The translations under genes were made by a program, and so were the position numbers. The notes under the pieces were generated by a model that searched no databases, had not been told where the DNA came from, and was given only the letters and a program-made list of their open reading frames with translations. A DNA stretch of 64,000 bases from Cladosporium halotolerans. Taxonomy: Eukaryota. Position 1 is the first letter of the stretch, and the number at the start of each line of letters is the position of its first letter. Positions 56,574-64,000 of the stretch are shown one piece after another. The stretch spans positions 496,001 to 560,000 of the forward strand of contig NW_027191461.1 in NCBI RefSeq assembly GCF_011745625.1, given 5' to 3'.

Positions 56574-59500
56574 TCAATGGTCGTCCACAATGCCGTCACC
56601 CTCCGCATCACTCTCACGCTCGGCTGCAGGCTGTGGACGTGGAGCAGCATGCTCGCCATCGGCGCCGTCATCGTCCCGATGCGCATAAATGAACGGTCTG
56701 CCGTTGTCGTCCGCAACGACCTTGCCGAACAAGCGGACGAGCTCGTTCGCGCTGATCTTTTCCTTGCGCTTCGATTCGTCCATAGCGTCGTCGATAGAGA
56801 TCTGCTTGGAATCCTGTAAAGCCACGATTGCCTCATCGATGGTATCCTTGATAACTAGTCGTGTCATATGGGTTTCCTTTTCTTGGCCGATGCGGTAGAC
56901 GCGGCTGAATGCTTGCTGTTCGATCGAAGAGTTCCACTGTCGAGCAGGTCAGTGAAATAAGTTCGTGGTGTGTACTGATAAAGGAACATCATACCCAAGG
57001 GTCCAAGCAAATCACACGGCTAGCCATGGTAAGGTTTAGGCCAATCCCACCGCATTTTAAAGAAGCCAGCAGCACGCGTACTTCCTTTTTCGGATCGCCA
57101 AAGCTTGCAAGAGCCTTTTGTCTGCATTCCTGAGACATACCGCCAGTGTACTTCTCCGCTTTCCAATCCTCAGTGTTGCAGATTCGACCCAAGAGATTGA
57201 TCATTGCAATGAACTGGGAATAGACGATGATTTTCACATCGGGATCCTCGGCAATCCATGTCATGATTTGAGCTTTGAGGGCGACAGTCTTAGACGATGG
57301 CAGCACTTCGCCCTTCATGTACAGCCAATTCTCGAGCTCCGGCTTCTTCTTCTTTTTCTTTGAGGAACCTGTGGAAGAGCTGGAATCCTCACTGCTACCA
57401 GTACTGGGATTTCCACCCGCGGAAAACTCTTCGAGCTCCCGTTCGCATGGGCGTGCATCATGGAAAACAATTCCACACTCGATGCATCGGACTTGTTCAC
57501 GTAGTTTGCGATGAGCGCTCGCTGCAAGTTCGTTCAAGCAGTCATGGCAATAGACATGATGACAAGAAGTTACCATCGCTTCTGAGGGCGGCTGCTTGCA
57601 GGCCGCGCATCTTGTCCGCCGGGTTATTTCGTCAAAGACTTCGCTGTTCCGCAGACCATTCAGGTAACGCGAGAAGTTGTAGGTCAGTCCGTGCACTCCT
57701 CCAAGATCATCAGCTAGTGAGTCGAATGCAAGCCTGCCGATTGGTACAGTCTCCGTCTCGGTGATTTTTGTGTCGCCAGTGGAATCAGTACGCTCTCCGT
57801 TAGTGTCCCTGCTCATGCTGTGATGAAGATACTGGAGGAGCTCTTGCGTTTCGTCCGATAGATCCAGGGAGCAAATAGTCCAGAGTTTCTCAAAGTCTTC
57901 TCGCTCCAATAGATCGACTAAGGTTTGCTGAATCAGCAGTACGTGGCTACAGAGCTGACGAAGCCTCAGCAACATTGTCCAGATGGCGCTATTCAAAGGT
58001 TAGCAGATTTCCTCATGATTCGAGGATGCCTCCATACTTGTAACTTTTTTCAAGCTCGCCACTTCGAGAGATGCAATTGATCCGGCTAATGAATCGAGCT
58101 TTCACGATTTCGTAGACCGCACGCTCTATCTCGTTGAACTCGAGCCATCTCGTGTCCTCCGAAGGAGGCGGCAGGACGAGCAATCGTGCATTGAAGAGCT
58201 TGTCGCGGTGTGTGCGTCTGATCATGAATTGAGATAAACGAGATTTCAGTCGCGCCATGCTGGAGTAGTGTGGTACGCTGTTAGCAAACTCTTCAATGCG
58301 ATCCAAAGAGGTGTCGAGTCCAGACTCACCCATCCTCGTCATCTGTGCCAGCGTAGTAGTTCTCCTTGAAAAGCTTGAAAGAATCTGTGTGAGGTACCTG
58401 CTCCCGTCACTATGTTAGAAATGATACTGACAGAATCGATGTCGAATGCTGTTTGACGGGAAGATCATTACCTTCAAGAATTTAAATTGAGAATAGAACT
58501 CTTTTGGGCTGTTGAGCACGATCGTTCCTGAAATGGACCAGCGAAGGTCGGCTTCAAGCGCTGTGCACGCTCTACCGGTGAGGCTCGCATGGTTCTTGAT
58601 CGCTTGAGCCTCATCGAGAATTATGCGGTGCCATTTGATACGGTGAAGCAGACCTTTGTGCTCCTCGTAGTATTCTTCCCACCATTTCTGTTTCTGCTCA
58701 GCAGTCACGAACTTAGAAGGGATTTCGGCGCGCGGATAACTCTTGCAGACTTGCGAATACGTTGTGAGGACAATATCGCATTCACGCAGCCTCTCAAGCT
58801 CCTGGTTTCCCTTAAGTTTCGCGGAAGTGTGGTACTCAATGAAGCGACCAATTCCGTGCTTCTTGTTTTCTGTGTCGGTCCACAACTTGTCTTTGATCTC
58901 TTGCGCCCACTGAGGGACGAGGGCAGCGCTTGCCACTATCAAGGTAGAGTGGCATGTTGTAGTGTGAAGAGGTTTCCCGTTCACAATAGCTGCCAAAGTG
59001 GTGATGGTCTTTCCTAGGCCCATTTGATCTGCAAGGATACCGCCCTTTGGTTGTTCAGTCGAGCTTTCTCGCTCGCGCATGAACGCAGCGCCGAGAACCT
59101 GGTAGGGTTTAAGGGCAACCTTCATGCCCTTGATCGTCCAATTGATGCCATCAGCTGCAGTCTTCACACTGTGACCACTGCCTGTGAAGAAAGCCAGTCG
59201 ATCATTGAAGTATTTTCTGTCCATGGTGGCGATCTTTCTGTTTTCCATTGGCACGCTTTCGATCAGCTGCTTGAATGCCTCGGCCCTTACAGTTGTCGAG
59301 CTATCAAAGGTAGGCGGCTTAGCCAGGTTCTCAGTATGAGCGGCGTCGCTGATGATGTTGCCGTTTATGATATTGTCTGCATTCATCATGACAGGGCCGG
59401 TGTATTTCGGCTGCCGACCCTTTCCCGTACCGTTTCCCTTCGTCTTCGTCTTCGTTTTCGGGGCTTGCTTGGCACGCCCCTTACCTTTGTTGCCGCCTTT

Positions 59501-60322
59501 CGCTACCGTATCGCCTTTGCTCCCAGAATCTTGGCATTCGCGGTACCGTGCAAGAATATCGTCTGTAGCCTCGGGCTGCTCAGGCGCCTTGTTCTTTGGG
59601 GGTCTGCCGCGCTTTTTTGGCTGCGTCGTCGGAGTAGCAGGTGCTTTGCGCTTCTGACCAGCCCGGGGCTGAGGAAGAGCATCCTCCTCTACAGAGCTCT
59701 CTTCAAGATCCGGGTGGCTCATGATGGTTGAAAGGGCGTCTTCGGCAGCGTTAGACTGCATTTCAGTACCAGCGGAGCGACTCTTGAGAAGACGCATCTT
59801 CTCTGCAAACTCGGCTTCGATGAAAGTCTCCTCCTCATCCATGCTGAGCGTCCCCGCGAACCTCTTCTCTTCGACTCTCCGCTTCAAAGCCTGGAACGAT
59901 TCTGCTGGACCCGCAGCATCCGGTGAAACATTGTTGCTGTCCGGAACGAAAAGAGACGATGCGTCCGGCTGGGGTTCCGGCTGCTGAGGTTCTCGCATAG
60001 ACTTCGCAGCGTTGCGCTGCATCTGCTTCAATTTCTCCTCCAGCAATTTCTGCTTGGATTCCTTGTTGTTCGGCTGGGCGGCCTTCGGCTTCTTCAGCAG
60101 AGAGCTCCCGAGATTCACGGGCGCGTTTTGTTTCTTGGGCGGCAATTTCAGGAGCGGCCGGGTTAGCTCGTTGTCTTCTCCGTCGGAGATCAAGTCGATG
60201 ACCTCGGTTTCTTGAGTCTTCGGGAGGATATTGTCGTCCAGAGGCTCGGTTTTGATAGGTGGGGTTTGGGGGAGTGGTGGGACTGGGGATGTTTCTGAGG
60301 CGGGTTCTCTGGGTGAAGCCAT
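56574..60322 (-). CDS. SNF2-family helicase with RING finger (Rad5/Rad16/Uls1-like); four introns
   Basis: GGILADQMGLGKT, RIILDEAQ, RING CAAC...CHHVYCHDC...CIEC, GGIGLNLT, QAFSRVYRIGQ; AT-hook KKRGRPPK. Confidence 0.92.
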
Positions 60323-61808
60323 GGCTGGAATGCCAACGGCGGATGTTAAGTCGTGATTTGAGAGGTGCGAGTAGGCAGGAAGGATGTTTGGTGGGAATTA
60401 GAGAATGGATGGAGAGAGGGAGGGTCGGAGGTAGTTGTGGGTGTCAAAGAGGTAAGAAGAGGGTGAGCACAGTCATATATATAGCCTGCGTTACTGCAAG
60501 TTAGGTTATCACATGCTGAATGGCAGGGTCAGTGATGTTGTAGCTGGGAAGTGATTGAGCAAAGAGATGATGCCCAGTGGGATTCCAGAATGAGGGAAGC
60601 AATGGAACAACTGAGCTGGAAGAATGCTCATACCTCCGATTTTCGAGATGAGCCGGTGGTAGTACCAACGACTACAGGACACTGTGAAACTTACGGGCCA
60701 TTGAGATGGCCCTCAAGACCTTTGGACAAATTGCTGTGCTGCGCGTCTCGATGGCATGAGAAAGGCTTCGCAGTGCTATCAGCGTTCATGAACATATATG
60801 ACATGACTGTGACCATGGCGCGCTGGCTGGCGAGCTCCCTAAAAAGCACGATTGTTTCGTGCTACTACCGTCACCCTCGAGTTGTTGCGTCGCCCCCGGC
60901 GCGGAGAGATGGCAATCCATATACCCAGTTCATAACTTCGCAACTCGTGGAATTTATTACGCGATCCCCGTACGATCCAGAAGAGATGTTTCGGCACAAG
61001 ACGAGCGCAGGTTGAGGTATGATGAAAGACCAGAGTATCACGAGAGGTTGCGCTTGTGAGGGCTTCTGAACCACCCTGTCGGAACCGGTGGCTGGTTTCA
61101 AACATCTTCAAGCGTCCGACTTCGGGAAACCCATCTGGTCAAGGCTGTGTTGCGTGGCAGTCCCTTTCTTGTGCCGACGTCCGCCGTTCTCGAGTAATGC
61201 TGGGTCGAGGGCCAGAAAGGAATATATGGTCAAGCTACTGGCCCTTCTATCGAATTACCTTACCATATCCAGAAATGCTCTCGCAGGCAAAATATTCTTG
61301 CACGCCGATCAGTAATCTCTGGGACCATCCATGACATATACTGTTACCAGAGTTGTGGGATAATATTGTACGTTTGATTCAAGTTCGAGCGCCGAAGCAC
61401 TGGCCGAAGGCACCCCAGAAAACTCCCCTGCAAGTGCCAAAGGCTGCCGTATTGCCGAGGCACTAGTCTCGGTACCAGACGCTAAAGTTGAGTACCATTG
61501 TACTTCTCCGCGGCTGCGACCGCCATAGACTCAGACTAGGTGGGGTGTTATGGCGAGACTGTGTGGTGATCGGAAATCCTCCTTAATAAGCAGTGACGGG
61601 GAGAGCGCACGAGACGCCGATGGCGGATGTGTCGCAGATCCTCAGGCGTCAACCCATGCCGAGTCTTCTTGAGTGATCCTCGCCTATCGTGCATCTATCG
61701 TGCCACTCGAGATACTGCTCTTACCCGCGCCTCTAGCCGCCCAGCCGCAAGTCTTATCTCCTCGGAGATGCTCACCTTCATGCCTTGAAAGAGTCTGCAC
61801 GCGTCAGG

Positions 61809-64000
61809 ATGGCACAGCAGGGTGCAGAGGACGTCAAACAGAGCGGCAGCACAGCGCCCGGAACGACTCTGCCAACGGGATCGGCGAAGCCCAAACAACG
61901 AAGTAGGAGGAAGCATGCGCTGCAAGAGGAGGACGATCCGTCCAAGCGGCGATGCGTTTCCACAGCCTGTATAGCATGTCGGTACGGTCTTGTCCCTCCT
62001 CCCGGCAAACCTAAACACATCTGACCGCTTGGGACCACAGTAAGCGTAAGAGCAAATGCGATGGCAATCAGCCCAGTTGCGCCGCGTGCGCCCAGGTCTA
62101 TAACACTGAGTGTGTCTATTCGCCATGGACGGACCATCGCCGCAAAGGCGTGTACAAGCAGGACGCCGACGGACTCAAGATGAAGAATAGCACGCTGGAG
62201 ACACTCATTCAAGCCATACTTAATTGGCCAGAAGAGGATGTGCCAGGTCTCGTGAGCGAGATCCGATCCTGCGAGAGTCTCGACGAGGTCGCGGAGAAGA
62301 TTGTAGCCAAAGAGAGCGGAATTGAACCGGAACAAGACGATGGTGATACCGGAGCCCTGGAAGGCGCTTCGTCCGTGGACGGGCCGTCGTTTGAGTCGCA
62401 GCTTTTCGGGAAGATGGGCGATTTGCAGCTGGACGACGGCTCAGTGCGATACATTGGAGGTACCTCAACGCTGATTCACCTGGACAACTACGACGTGGCA
62501 CCAAATGAGGACGAGTTTGAGCAACAGGAAGACCCGATCACCTCTTGGACGACTGTCACAGACGACGCAGAACTTGTGCTCCATCTTCTGAATATGTACT
62601 TTACCTGGCACTACACGTTCTTCACTACCTTGTCCAAAACACTGTTCTGGCGCGACTTCTCTCTTGGACGGCCACCAACCGATACTGCGCGCAAGACGCA
62701 TTATTGTACCCCGTTGCTAGTGAATGCGATGCTTGCTTTAGGCTGCCATTTCACATCGAACCCTGGCGCCAGAGATGACCCTAATGATTCAGCAACGGCT
62801 GGCGACCACTTCTTTCGAGAAGCAAAGCGTTTGCTGATGGAGAACGATGGCCACGAAAAAGCGCGCTTAACAACCGTGCAGGCGATGGCTTTGATGTCCG
62901 TCAGAGAAGCCGGCTGCGGACGAGAAGCCAAGGGATGGGTGTACAGCGGAATGTCCTTCAGGATGGCGAATGATATGGGTCTCAACTTGGATTCTGGAAA
63001 CATGACATCTAACAAACATATCAACGGAGACGAAGCAGAAGAGGATGTGCGACGAATCACCTTCTGGGGATGCTTTCTCTTCGACAAATGCTGGTCCAAC
63101 TATCTTGGAAGACTACCGCAAATTCCAATGGCTATGATCACCGTCCCAAAGCCTGAAGTCTTTCCGGACGAAGATGCCACCGCTTGGTGCCCGTACACGG
63201 ATTCCGGCTTCACGCAAGCCAACTCACAGCCTGCGCGCACTCGCGCTGTCGCTTTGCAGATCACTAAGCTCTGCGAAATCAGCAACGACCTCTTGCAAAA
63301 CTTCTACAACCCCTCGGACCTGGCGAAAACGAGAGGAAAGTCAGTCGAGCTCAAGAAATTGAGCGACATCCACACTCGTCTTGAAAGCTGGCGACGAGAT
63401 CTTCCAAAGGAGCTGGAGCCAAAAGAGGGCTGTCTATCGAGCGTCTTGATCATGCAGTAAGTTCCCAGTGTCCTCAATCAAGACAATTACTAACAGCTGC
63501 TAGTATGTTCTTCCAACTCCTGTTCATCCATCTCTTCCGGCCGTTCCTTAAGTACACGCAGGCGACATCACCGTTACCTCCAACGGTAAGCCCGCGCAAG
63601 CTTTGCACAGCAGCAGCGGCAATGGTCTCAAAGCTCATGCGCTTGTACAAACGATCTCATGGACTACGGCAAATTGTCAACGTCGCCATTTACATTGCTC
63701 ATTCCGCCTGTACCATCCACCTCATCAATCTGCCAGAGAAGAATGCTCGGCGAGACATTGTTCATGGCGTCAAGCACCTGGAGGAGATCGCCGAAGGTTG
63801 GCTTGGTGCCCGACGCTCCCTCAGCATACTCAACGTGCTTGCGCGTAAGTGGAACATTGAGTTGCCGGAAGAGGCGGAAGCTGTACTTGCCCGCACCGAG
63901 GCCAAATACGGCGCCTATGCCGGCGACATCTCCTCTCCTTCATCTGAGCAGAATCGCGCACTGGGGAGTGTCATCAATCCCATCCCGAACGTGACACAGC
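61809..64000 (+). CDS. nirA: Zn2Cys6 nitrate assimilation regulator, truncated by window end; introns 61982-62040 and 63457-63503
   Basis: SKRRCVSTACIACRKRKSKCDGNQPSCAAC...CVY...DHRRKGVYK matches the NirA/NIT4 signature; fungal TF middle homology region follows. Confidence 0.88.

Overview
Gene-dense euchromatic window from a filamentous ascomycete (Pezizomycotina; Dothideomycete-like by inference), with short GT-AG introns and CTRAY branch points. I can support 22 protein-coding loci, one of them frameshifted: Zn alcohol dehydrogenase, TYW1, a PQ-loop protein, a DUF4188-type monooxygenase, a divergent histone H4, Het-C, THR4, URA2, LEU5, a METTL4-like MT-A70 protein, an STL1-like transporter, a frameshifted terpene-cyclase-like gene, a soluble ABC ATPase, thioredoxin, CCA1, TRS85, a Bqt4-like APSES protein, 3-hydroxyisobutyrate dehydrogenase, a SNF2-RING helicase, nirA and two hypotheticals. 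RNA genes are an intron-containing tRNA-His(GTG) and an intronic box C/D snoRNA. The most unusual signals are: (1) the URA2 locus, which has a 360-nt intron holding two diverged copies of a hairpin element upstream of a 25-nt micro-exon, a long leader hairpin containing a uORF, and no pseudo-dihydroorotase domain; (2) CCA1 fused in frame to a Tti2-like domain; (3) an unassigned ~210-nt Pol III-type RNA candidate with a tRNA-like A box/D-arm, a B box and paired ends. All family assignments come from motif recognition by eye; no searches were run.
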